From Octopus vulgaris (Eukaryota): DNA of 64,000 bases. The stretch lies in contig OX597826.1 in NCBI GenBank assembly GCA_951406725.2, positions 26,784,001-26,848,000 of the forward strand, written 5' to 3'. The translations under genes and the position numbers were made by a program. The notes beneath the pieces were generated by a model. That model had not been told where the DNA came from, ran no database searches, and saw nothing but the letters and a program-made list of their open reading frames with translations. Below, piece by piece: positions 14,234 through 26,459 of the stretch. How positions within the stretch are numbered: the first letter of the stretch is position 1; each line of letters begins with the position of its first letter.

Positions 14234-14309
14234 CTACACTGATGATCTTGCAGATGTCTGTTTGTTTTATATACGTAGACATTAACAAGTGAAACCAACC
14301 GGTACGTAG
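14234..14309 (+). ncRNA. Type I hammerhead ribozyme motif, core intact
   Basis: ctaca-CTGATGA-t-cttg..atgtct/agacat..caag-t-GAAA-cc aacc gg-TA-cgtag; one mismatch closing stem I. Confidence 0.75.
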
Positions 14310-14485
14310 GTATTCGTTTTTAATTTCGTATATTTTCATTTGTCTTGCTCATTTTTACAGTTTGGCGTTTTGCTGAGATTTTTCTTGAGAACACATTCTT
14401 CGTGGTAATGGTATTTGACGTCTACGTTTAGCATATTAGGTGTCCACTTTAGTAGTCATTCCTCTTAATTCTTATATATATATAT

Positions 14486-15012
14486 ACTGTTTAGCGGTTT
14501 GAGTTTGGCTGCTCTTTCTGGTGAGTTGAATGGTCTATCAAGGCCATTCCTTAATATTGTTGAATGTCTATTATGTAGTATGTTGACTATTTTTTCTTTC
14601 TCACTAGACCGATGGTGGCGAAAAATTTTTCTTGAATCTTTTGCTACCCTGATATTGATTAATTAATGATTTTTTGGCTAATTCTGAAATTAAATCAGCA
14701 GTTTATATTGCTGCTGAGAAATTGGCGCGGTGACGGTAGATTTTGAAAATTTAGAATATATATACTCGAGGCGTCGCTGCTATCGCCTCGTGGATATATA
14801 TTTCCCTGGCTTCTTTACTGACGAGACAGGCCAGTGGTAAATAGATTTAATTTAGTTAAATTGGTTTCCCAATATGTCTGTCGAAAATATGCATAGTCCA
14901 GAGATGATAAGGGTAAATGTTTTTATTTTCCTTTGGTTTCTGAATTACAACTGTTTAGCAGTTTGAGTTTGGCTGCTCTTTCTGGTGAGTTGAATGGTCT
15001 ATCAAGGCCATT
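14486..15012 (+). mobile_element. Retrozyme-like non-autonomous unit: direct repeat with 464-nt period enclosing a hammerhead (14812-14904)
   Basis: actgtttagc.gtttgagtttggctgctctttctggtgagttgaatggtctatcaaggccatt at 14486 and 14950; between them CTGACGA-gacag...ctgtc-GAAA-atatgcatag-TC-cagaga. Confidence 0.65.
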
Positions 15013-15138
15013 ACGGATAATTCGAAAGATAACCGATACCTGGGTAGCAAACTCACAACAAAAAAGGCACGGTTGAAGTTACGACCATAGGGCATAAAAT
15101 CCGTGCCTTAGTGCGGAAATTTGAAGTTTTATATATTA

Positions 15139-15262
15139 AGTATAGGAAAGAATGGAGCTGAACGAAGATTTAACAAAATTCCTTTATTTTATTTCGAAAC
15201 ATATGTCGAAAATAAAATAAAGGAATTTTGTTAAATCTTCGTTCAGCTCCATTCTTTCCTAT

Positions 15263-15266
<4 letters not shown>
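15139..15266. repeat. Near-perfect palindrome (about 55-bp arms) with a hammerhead 3' half at its apex
   Basis: aagtataggaaagaatggagctgaacgaagatttaacaaaattcc / ggaattttgttaaatcttcgttcagctccattctttcctatactt; apex GAAAcatatgTC. Confidence 0.85.
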
Positions 15267-15324
<58 letters not shown>

Positions 15325-15527
15325 TATGTATAATCAGCCTGCGGTGAGTCTGTGCATTCGTTTTCCCTTCCTTCAGTTTCTGCTTGTAATCAAGGTAAAA
15401 AATAGATTTGCAGGGATTTGAAAGGGATTTTATTACACGCACATGTATAGGGACAGTTGAGTACACATGAATGCATATGAGTATTTATATATGTGTGTGT
15501 GCGTGTGTGTGTCTGAGTGTGTGTGCA

Positions 15528-15565
<38 letters not shown>

Positions 15566-15592
15566 TAGATATATTTATATATCTATATATAC

Positions 15593-15637
<45 letters not shown>

Positions 15638-15699
15638 TATGTATATATGTATGCATGTGCATATATGAGTATATATATATTTATAAGTATATGTGCATA

Positions 15700-15730
<31 letters not shown>

Positions 15731-15903
15731 AGGGAGCATAACTCCAAACATTATCTTTAATTTATATTTTATATATATACATATATACATATGCATATAT
15801 CTATCTATGTATCTTTCTAGCTAACTATATATTTATTAAAATTTTATGTATTGATTAAGTCTTTCCTTGTTTGTTTTACAAAATAGTGGTCTTGTCTCTA
15901 ATA

Positions 15904-15979
<76 letters not shown>

Positions 15980-15983
15980 TATA

Positions 15984-16188
15984 AAATATGAATTAGAGAT
16001 AAAACCACTATTAGGCAACTCAAACAGTGATAGACATAAACCAATACGTAATTAACAAATAATATAAATATAATTAATATATTATATACTATATTAATAA
16101 TGTTTATATTATTTCATACTTATGTATTGGTTTATGTCTATCACTGTTTGAGTTGCGTAATAGTGGTTTTATCTTTAATTCATATTTT
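15984..16188. repeat. Inverted repeat next to (TA)n, Penelope-like terminus fold-back
   Basis: gataaaaccactatta.gcaactcaaacagtgatagacataaaccaatac and its reverse complement at about 16125-16174. Confidence 0.75.
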
Positions 16189-16265
16189 GTATATTTAATC
16201 TTAAATCAAACTTCTTCCCTGTAAGTTTGGAGCCATACTCCCTAATATTATTATTATATACATAT

Positions 16266-16316
<51 letters not shown>

Positions 16317-16371
16317 CATACACATTGAAATATATATACACACATATATATATATATCATTCTATCTATCC

Positions 16372-16458
<87 letters not shown>

Positions 16459-16541
16459 CATACATATATAAATATATGCTTGTATATATAGGCACCGCAC
16501 ACATATCTTATTCTATACACACACACAAACACACTTGCGCG

Positions 16542-16586
<45 letters not shown>

Positions 16587-17144
16587 GCAATTCACAAACG
16601 CACGTTCAGGATTTTATACGTATATCTTTAGCTATATATACTCTGAAAGAGACGCCCATCCATACAAAATGTATATTTCGAAAGTTCATTGCAAGAGGTT
16701 GACGTTGCCATTACTCTGACGATGTTATCTTCCATTTCTTTCGCTTAATGAAGAATATTGCCTGGAGACGTGAATGTTATGTTTATTATATTGTCTATGT
16801 GTTAGTTTCCTTGACTGTTTTGAAGGTGATATTTTCTGTGAGGTTGGGAGCTTTGTCAATACCGTCGCCAGAGCCGTTGGTTGTTTTGCCTCTATGTGGG
16901 GAAACGACCCTGCCTAGGATGCCTGAAGGATGTGAATGCAAATATGTTTGTATTACGAGATTGTCTATTGTAATTTGTCTAGAAGAGATATGGGAATATT
17001 ATTTAGAGAGACGACAAATGATATTAATAATAAGAACAATGTCATCAATAGTAATTTAATAATAGTAATTATATAATATTAATAATAATTTTAATGAAAA
17101 TATGACTAGCTCCCTTCTAAGTTACAGGTCTTGTAGTAGAAAGT

Positions 17145-17179
<35 letters not shown>

Positions 17180-17243
17180 ACTACTACTAATAATAATAAT
17201 GATTATTATTATTATTATTATTATTATAATTATTATTATTATA

Positions 17244-17294
<51 letters not shown>

Positions 17295-17297
<3 letters not shown>

Positions 17298-17455
17298 CAG
17301 TTTTATTTTCATAGCGTGCTTTCACTTCACTACCGAGCGCAGCTCTGTGTACCTTGGGTATGTGCTGTGGTTTGTTGTGATGCTCTTATGGTTACTGTAT
17401 TGAAAGCGTTTTGTGTAGGATGTGTGCAGTGTCCAGTAGTGCAATTTTCTGTATG
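17295..17455 (-). mobile_element. 3' fragment of an R4/Dong-like RLE non-LTR retrotransposon with (TAA)n tail or target
   Basis: Reverse complement translates as IQKIALLDTAHILHKTLSIQ*, like the QK.ALLGTAHILR C-terminus of R4/Dong; abuts a long (TTA)n tract; Dong elements are known to target (TAA)n. Confidence 0.7.
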
Positions 17456-17490
17456 ATATATATATATATATATATATTTGTAAGTCTTGG

Positions 17491-18160
17491 TATTTTAAAA
17501 TGCTTATAATTTATTTATTAACTGTAATTTTTTTCTCAAATTTGTTGTGTATCTTCTTTAATGTATGGGAATTTATTCCATGTTTTTTTTTCAGACTGAT
17601 TATTTTGTTTGAAATTTAGAAGCCCTACAAACATGGCTGGATGTTTTACTATGCAGGAGCATGCCCAGCTAGTTGCACATTACGAAGTTCGGAGATCAGT
17701 TGTTCAAGTGCAAGGATGGTGGAGGACTATTAGAGGAAGACATGCTCAAGTTGATGCAAAGATAATCAAGAATTGTTATGCAAAATTCATGACTAGAGGA
17801 TTTGTAGCTGATACTTAAAGTGGTGGTCCTTCCAGAAGCCCTGATTTAACACTCTGCGACTGTTTTCTTTGGGGTTGGTTAAAGGAGGAAGTCTTCTCTA
17901 CCAAACCAATGACTTTGGAAGAACTTGAAGGGTGAATACGAGAAGTTATATCTTTCATTCCACAAGACTTCCGGATGAGATCAGTTGATGTGGTTCCCAG
18001 GCAGCTTCAGAAGCTGGTGGTGAATGCTGATGCCTATATCAAATTTTAAATAAAACTCTATGTTATACTCTTTCTTTACATATTCGTTTTTTTCTAAAAA
18101 TTATAGTTAATAAATAAATTATAAGTATTTTAAAATAGGGAGTTACTTTTCAAGCACTCA

Positions 18161-18161
<1 letters not shown>
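17491..18161 (+). mobile_element. Internally deleted Tc1/mariner-superfamily DNA transposon
   Basis: TIRs tattttaaaatgcttataatttatttattaactgtaatttt (17491) and its reverse complement (18097-18137), extending to ...caagcactcag|TA; N-terminal HTH-like ORF (MAGCFTMQEHAQLVAHYE...) fused to C-terminal PSRSPDLTLCDCFLWGWLKEEV; stop codons present. Confidence 0.8.
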
Positions 18162-18214
<53 letters not shown>

Positions 18215-18222
<8 letters not shown>

Positions 18223-18860
18223 TTAATAAGGGTGAGAGAATTAGATACTAATTTAATAGTATATATAGTGGCCTAGTGCTACGAGAAACCTGGATTATTA
18301 TAATATTTTATAACATATTATAATATTTTCACAAAATAAATATAAGAGAGTGGTCACTATATTATCACACGGACAGGGCAAATAAAAAATAACAAAAATA
18401 CAGATTATTTTGGGACAATTGTTTCGCTATAATGAATTAAATGTAATATTACTTACAATAATCCATTTGTAGCTCGTCAGCCAAGACTATGGATGAAATC
18501 CACTCAATCACACGCCAGATTTTACCATAACGATAAATACGCGTGTGGTTCAATTGATTACATCCGACGTTATAATTCAAATGCCCCAACCAACAGCGCG
18601 CCAAACTCTCACGGAAAACAAATACAGCATTTAGAAATAAATGCAGCATAATTATAATTAATTAATAAGGGTGAGAGAATTAGATACTAATTTAATAGTA
18701 TATTTATTCCACACCAAGTGGCCTAGTGCTACGAGAAACCTGGATTATTATAATATTTTATAACATATTATAATATTTTCACAAAATAAATATAAGAGAG
18801 TGGTCACTATATTAAAATAATCTGTATTTTTGTTATTTTTTATTTGCCCTGTCCGTGTGA
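18215..18860 (-). mobile_element. Retrozyme-like/Penelope-derived unit: about 1.45 copies of a 439-nt monomer with a short terminal inversion
   Basis: Direct repeat at 18215 and 18654; inverted 47-nt block at 18814-18860; hammerhead in between; adjoins (TA)n. Confidence 0.75.
18410..18484 (-). ncRNA. Type I hammerhead ribozyme, fully canonical core
   Basis: Reverse complement: ttgg-CTGACGA-gcta...tagc-GAAA-caattg-TC-ccaa; G10.1-C11.1 pair, GUC triplet, palindromic stem III. Confidence 0.85.
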
Positions 18861-18888
18861 GCTAACAGTCGTACTGGCTTTCATGGGA

Positions 18889-18935
<47 letters not shown>

Positions 18936-18995
18936 AGTCTCTCTGTCTGTCTGACTATCTATTAATCTATCTATCTATCTTTCTGTCTCTGTCTG

Positions 18996-19046
<51 letters not shown>

Positions 19047-19080
19047 GTATATATATATATGTATGTATATATATGTGTAA

Positions 19081-19114
<34 letters not shown>

Positions 19115-19513
19115 GTATATATGTGTGTGTGTGTATGTATATAACGATAGATGTATATATATCATATAATATACATATGTGTGTGCGCGCGTGTGTTTGT
19201 CTATGTATGTATGTATGTAAGGGCTACATTTGACTTCCGTATTCATTGCAGTTAATGTTAGTTGTCGTTGAATATGTGACCAAAGCTCGTTGTCATGCTC
19301 TCACCAACATTTGGCACCAAATAAATGAACTGTTTTATACTTTGACATTGTGACGACACGAGGAAACACACGACTGTCTGTAACAGAAAGAACCTTACCG
19401 CATATTTACATTCTTCTGATGGTTGTAACTCTGAGTCTTACCGAATGTTAGATATCAAGGCATATCGCCTTACACACACACACACACACACTTATATATA
19501 TGTGTATCTATCA

Positions 19514-19613
<100 letters not shown>

Positions 19614-19635
19614 GTCTGTCTCTCTGTCTGTCTGA

Positions 19636-19705
<70 letters not shown>

Positions 19706-19786
19706 GTCTCTCTGTCTGTCTGACTATCTATTAATCTATCTATCTATCTTTCTGTCTGTCTGTCTGTCTGTCTGTGTCTCTCTCTC

Positions 19787-19850
<64 letters not shown>

Positions 19851-20332
19851 GCGTATATATATATATATATGTATATATATATACGCATAAAAATAAAAAC
19901 GTATACTGGATGAATGGGACTAAAATGTGTGTATATATTTCCTATTTTTAATGATAGTAGTTTGAAGGTGAATGAAGTGCCGAGACATTTATATATAGCG
20001 CTAATCAATCTGGCTGGGTAAGTCCCTTGTACGGACTAGCTAAATATGTTTGTGTGTGTGTGTGTGTTATATTGGTATCATTGCACGTGCATGTGCTGCC
20101 TGATTTGTGATTGTAAGCGGTGAAATGAGCATGTTCCATTTTAAAACATTTTTTATAATATTGAACTGTGCCTCAATTAAACATTTCTGGAACTATTATT
20201 TTTAAGAAAGTTTTCTCTTCTTTCGCAATTATTAGTCGTTAATATACTTTTTCTAAATACACATATATGTATACAGCTTTGTTGTACTTACATATCTACA
20301 GTCTAATCTGACCGACTGTGTACCTCCTGGTA

Positions 20333-20837
<505 letters not shown>

Positions 20838-21271
20838 TATACATATATGTGTGTGTGTGAGTGTTTAAGTAACTATGTGTATGGTTGTGAATCTAAGCGT
20901 AAATCATTGTACGTTTAGCTCTCATCAACAGCGGTTATCTCTTAACAAAACAAGCAGTCCCTTTCATGAAAATATTGCATGAATCTTATCAATACATCCC
21001 TATTATACCCTTGGCAATGTGTGATATCTTGTTGAAAGTTCTAAGACACTGTTATTGCGACCTTTCATTCTCATATTCCAGTGTAACCACACCTGATCCT
21101 GCTCGATAAATTTGTGCCTTAAACTATAGATACTTGAACATTTGATTTCAATAAGACCAGTATATCCCTGGACAAAGTGGAATGCAGTTTTGTGAAAGTA
21201 AACATTGCAATAGAAGGTTATTTAACTGAATGTCAATGTGTTTGTAGCCTGCTCACACACACACACACACG

Positions 21272-21322
<51 letters not shown>

Positions 21323-21344
21323 GTGCGTGTGCGTGCGTTCGTGT

Positions 21345-21438
21345 AGTTGTGTGTGTGTGAGTGTATGTGTTGTAGGTTATTATCAGCAAACATATATATA
21401 TATATATATATGTTTGCTGATAATAACCTACAACACAT

Positions 21439-21455
<17 letters not shown>
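21345..21455. repeat. Palindrome centred on (TA)n
   Basis: gtgtatgtgttgtaggttattatcagcaaacat(at)n atgtttgctgataataacctacaacacatacac. Confidence 0.85.
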
Positions 21456-21491
<36 letters not shown>

Positions 21492-21560
21492 TTTACAAAA
21501 ACCTTGCATATTCATATATATGTATCAATATTCGTGTATGTGCATGTATGTTTTATTATG

Positions 21561-21619
<59 letters not shown>

Positions 21620-21661
21620 TCGTTTATCTATCTGCCTATATATCTATCTAGATAGACAGTC

Positions 21662-21750
<89 letters not shown>

Positions 21751-22447
21751 TGTAGACAGATGGGTGGATTGGTAGATGTACATATAGTTGAAGAGACAAA
21801 TAGATGGATAGATAGAGAGATAGAAATGAATGCCTGTATATTTATGTACCTAACCGTCACTTGCAAACAAGTGTGACATGCTAACCAGTACCACATTTTC
21901 AATATATGTGTGTCCGCTTGTGCCAGGCGTTATGTATGCAGGTGTGTAAATAGCTTTTTAGATCATAGGACTCATAGATCGATTGGAATTTATTTATAAA
22001 ATATCAGATCATTAAATTGTATAATCCGACCTTAGTTGTAGCACAAATGAAAACGGATGAGTCAGGTACGAAATCATCATGCCCGGCGGATGTCCGTTTC
22101 TAATTTGAGTGGTGCTACTCGCGCCACCATCAATGGCCTATCGAAGACCGACGGCTAAGCTGTGGATAAAAGATAGTGGGAAATGTAGTTATAATACGAA
22201 CTAAATAAAATCTTCTTTCGAATAACACAGAAGTGGAATGATTAAAATAGACATTTAAACATCTTAAAGTCAAATTATTTAATGAATATGATGAAGTCAA
22301 TGCTAAAATATACATCCGAATGGTTAGATAGTGTTTTTTTCTACATATTGTAGGTACCATTTCAGCGTAACCAATAACTTCGTGTGATATTCTGTCCATG
22401 CTTCAAAACTTTTCACCCAACCTTGCAACTTGCTCTAAAAATTTACA

Positions 22448-22614
22448 TAGGCGCAGGAGTGGCTGTGTGCTAATTAGCTTGCTTACGAACTACATGGTTC
22501 CGGGTTCAGTCCCACTGCGTGGCACCTTGGGCAAGTGTCTTCTACTATAGCCTCGGACCGACCAAAGCCTTGTGAATGGATTTCGTAGGCGGAAACAGAA
22601 GTAAACCCATCGTA

Positions 22615-22707
<93 letters not shown>

Positions 22708-22915
22708 TTGTGTGTCTGTGTTTGTTCCCCAACATCGCTTGACAAGCGATGCTGGTGTGTTTACATCCCCGTAACTTAGCGGTTCAGCAAAAGAGACCGA
22801 TAGAATAAGTACTAGGCTTACAAAGAATAATTCTTTGGGTCGATTTGCTCGACTAAAGGCGGTGCTCCAGCATGGACACATTCAAATTACTGAAACAAGT
22901 AAAAGAGTAAAAGAG
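22448..22915 (+). mobile_element. SINE family A, well-preserved full-length copy
   Basis: taggcgcaggagtggctgtgtg...ccgggttcagtcccactgcgtggcaccttgggcaagtg...(TA)n(TG)n...gaaacaagtaaaagagt. Confidence 0.9.
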
Positions 22916-23071
22916 AGTATTCAATATTATAATTCCTTTAAAGTATACACAAGCAATCCGGCATAACTGACTGGCGATTCGTTCTCTTATGGATTAGAGT
23001 TCAATCTCTCCAAAAGTTTCTTCAAAACATAACAGTGTTTCGGAAAAGTTAATTTTTCGTATTTGCTTAAT

Positions 23072-23280
23072 TTGGCGAGCTGGCAGAATCGTTACCGCGC
23101 CGGCTAAATGCATAGCGATATTTCGTCCGTCGTTACGTTTCGAGCGCAACTTCCACCGCGCTCAACATTATCTTTTTTCAATTAGGTGTTGATAAAATGA
23201 GTACCAGTCAAGCACTGGGTTCAATGTATTCCACTTACCCACTCTCTTGCTGACCTTTTTGCCAAAATATGAAACCAATA
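23072..23280 (+). mobile_element. Degenerate SINE family B copy
   Basis: ggcgagctggcagaatcgtta...gataaaatgagtaccagtcaagcactggg. Confidence 0.7.
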
Positions 23281-23882
23281 TTAACTATTTGCAAAGAAGT
23301 GGTCAAATTTGACAGTTTGGTGGGTGAGGTTTCAGTTGTCTTCGTCATATTATTGTAGAAAATGTCACGGTTTTGGATATAGAATTTGATAGGGTCACGT
23401 ATTCTAGAGCAAAAAAGGAATTACTTTATTGGCAGTTTGACAATGGTCCTTTAACTTCATGGTAAACGCGAAGATCTAATAATAGGAGTAATATTCTCTG
23501 AACAGTTCCATAAAAAAAAAACGCGTGCTTTTTTCTTCCAGTCACTAATTGGCAAAGACGTTGTCTTAACGGAATAATCGCTCTCCCTTGAAAAAAATGT
23601 CACCTTTCTTGGAACATTTTGAAGCGAGAATCTACTACGAATCAATATATGCTAGATTCTGGTCATGTCATTGTATATGGTTTTTATTTAGTGACCTTAC
23701 ACTCTCAAAGGAAGTGAAGTGTAGCATTTATATTTTATAAATGCAATAGACCAAGTTTAGTTGCTGCTCACTGAATGCAAGTAGAAGCATTCATTTAAGA
23801 AATTGAAGGTGTTTGCGTGAAACAGCAAAGCTAAACATTGGGATTTCAAAGAAAGAAAAGACGATGAATTATTAAGAAAACC

Positions 23883-23931
<49 letters not shown>

Positions 23932-23970
23932 GAGAAAACGATGATATTGTACAGAGGAATGAAGAGAAGA

Positions 23971-24005
<35 letters not shown>

Positions 24006-24923
24006 CATTAGTCATGGCATAGATAAAAATAAGCCAGATTTTCTAGGTGGTTTCTTGGGTCAAGTATGTTGGAAATATACTTATTCGTTCAAACATATTG
24101 TGTTATACATTATATATCTCAACGCTCCGGTGCATATTTATTTCATGCTATTTATTATTTTTATATATTTTTATTTACAAATTATTTAATTTTATTGTTT
24201 TATCTTTTTATATTTTTCGGTAAGGAAAATCGTCCATATTGAGAGAAACTAGAATCCAGAAATAATGCACAAATAAAAAGAGAAATCGAATTCAGCTATA
24301 AAAAAAAATGTTACGCAAAACAACTGGTGAGAAAATACATACCTCTACATGAAGTCCTAAAATAAACGCCATCTTAAAATGGAATGCATTTGGTTAGTGT
24401 TATCCAAGATAAACGATGCCTGATAATATATAATCTCTATGTCTGGCATTCGTTTCATGACAAATCTACACAATCGAGGGCGACTTGGATCTAAACAATA
24501 CTAATAAGAATTGTCTTTTTTTTTCTGAATACTTGTGGCATCATGTTTCTTTAAATTTAAAGTACACACACCGACTATATATTCTATCGATTTCATCGTG
24601 AAGCTAACACAAACTTTCAAACAGAATATTGAAATAATCTTTTATTCCTTTTTTTTACTGAAATGTAACGTATATTCTCTTGTTTTATGATCTAACTACC
24701 GCATTGCTTTGTTTAAATTTAGTTTCTTTTTCGATTGAAACGTCCATATCTATTTAAATAAGTTTCTTTGTTCAAATATTATTACATATTTTATTTACTT
24801 AAATATACATAAGTACATGAATACATACACACACACACATATATATATATATATGTATATATAAACATATATATATTTATATATGTATATATAAACACAT
24901 ATATATATGTATGTATATATATA

Positions 24924-24968
<45 letters not shown>

Positions 24969-25461
24969 GTATATTAAGCATGGATTTGCTATCAATTATT
25001 TTGACAAATGAAGGTTTCAAAGAGGAGTAAAATAAACATGTGAACGAAATAAGAAGCTAGTTGAAAAAAATAAAACGGATATCAAACGTGCTATTAAAAT
25101 GTTTGGTGTATTTTTTAGGCAATCTTTCTCAATAATAAAAGCTATTAAAGAAAGAGAAATTATAAATCACAGATTCATACAAACACACAAAAAAAAAGCT
25201 TAAAAGAAAGAGCTTGTGTGCGCACGCATGTATTTCGGAATTTGAGGAAGAGACTAGAAAATCGAGGGTGAGAGGGACAGAGAGGTGGGGAGAGAGAGAA
25301 GGAGAGAGGGGTCTGGTGGAGACTGAGTTTACGTGTGTAAAAGTCTTGTATAATTAAAGAAATAAAGTGTATACAAATAAACATGAAACTAAATACTCTA
25401 ACTTATGCTGAAGATGGAGTACCTTCACATTAGAACTTACACATCCTCGCACCATTATATG

Positions 25462-25493
<32 letters not shown>

Positions 25494-25636
25494 GATATAT
25501 ATATATATAAATGCATATATATATATGTGTGTGAGAGTGTGTGTGTGTACTTGTGTGTGTATGTGTTTGTTTGTATATATGTATGTATATGTATATTTAT
25601 GTGTGTATATGTATATATTGATATATATATATATAT

Positions 25637-25768
25637 TAGGCGCATGCGTGACTGCGTGGTAAAAAGCTTGCTTCCCAACCACATAGTTCTAGGTTCAGTT
25701 CCACTGCTATACCCTCGAGCCAACCAAAACCTTGTGAGTGGATTTGGTAGACGGAAACTGAAAAAAGC

Positions 25769-25829
<61 letters not shown>

Positions 25830-26010
25830 GTGCGTGTGTGTGTGTGCGCGCGCGTGTGTGTCTGTGTTTTTGTTTTGCTCTCACCACTGCTTGGCAAACG
25901 GTGGTGGTGCGTTTACGTCACCATAAGTTCTGCAAAAAGGGAGTGATAGAAGCAGTGCTAGGCTTCAAAAGAGATAAAGCCTAGGGATAATTGTTCGATT
26001 AAAACCCTCC
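25637..26010 (+). mobile_element. SINE family A copy with internal deletion
   Basis: taggcgcatgcgtgactgcgtggtaaaaagcttgcttcccaaccac...ccttgtgagtggatttggtagacggaaactga. Confidence 0.75.
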
Positions 26011-26372
26011 ATGGACGTCAAAATAGAAAAAAAGAAAAGCCCAACATATTTCTTATACACACATGTGCATACATATTTATGTACAAATATATATACACTC
26101 CTTCCAGTGCTATCTGTCGCTGACAAATCACGGCCTTGTCGTCCTCGCGTCTTGCTTTGTTGGGTGGGTGGATGGGAGGTGCTCTTGCCAGTGCCATATA
26201 TATGAATGAATATGTCCATTCCTTACTTTCACCGAAGACTAACGATTAACAGTAACGATTAACGACACTTTCCAGAATTTAAATTGAGAAAGTCTCCCGT
26301 GTTGCACTGATGGATGTTTTGCATTTTATCATATTCTTTTAAACATACATACGTACACGCATACATCATACA

Positions 26373-26406
<34 letters not shown>

Positions 26407-26424
26407 CATACATACATACATACA

Positions 26425-26457
<33 letters not shown>

Positions 26458-26459
26458 TA

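Noticed and set aside
21345-21455. TA-centred palindrome as a functional hairpin
   Set aside because: Near-identical arms mirrored at a self-complementary (TA)n run could be a misassembly or replication fold-back; no further support
26120-26180. HDV-like ribozyme suggested by gtcctcgcg
   Set aside because: P3 and P1 pairings could not be formed
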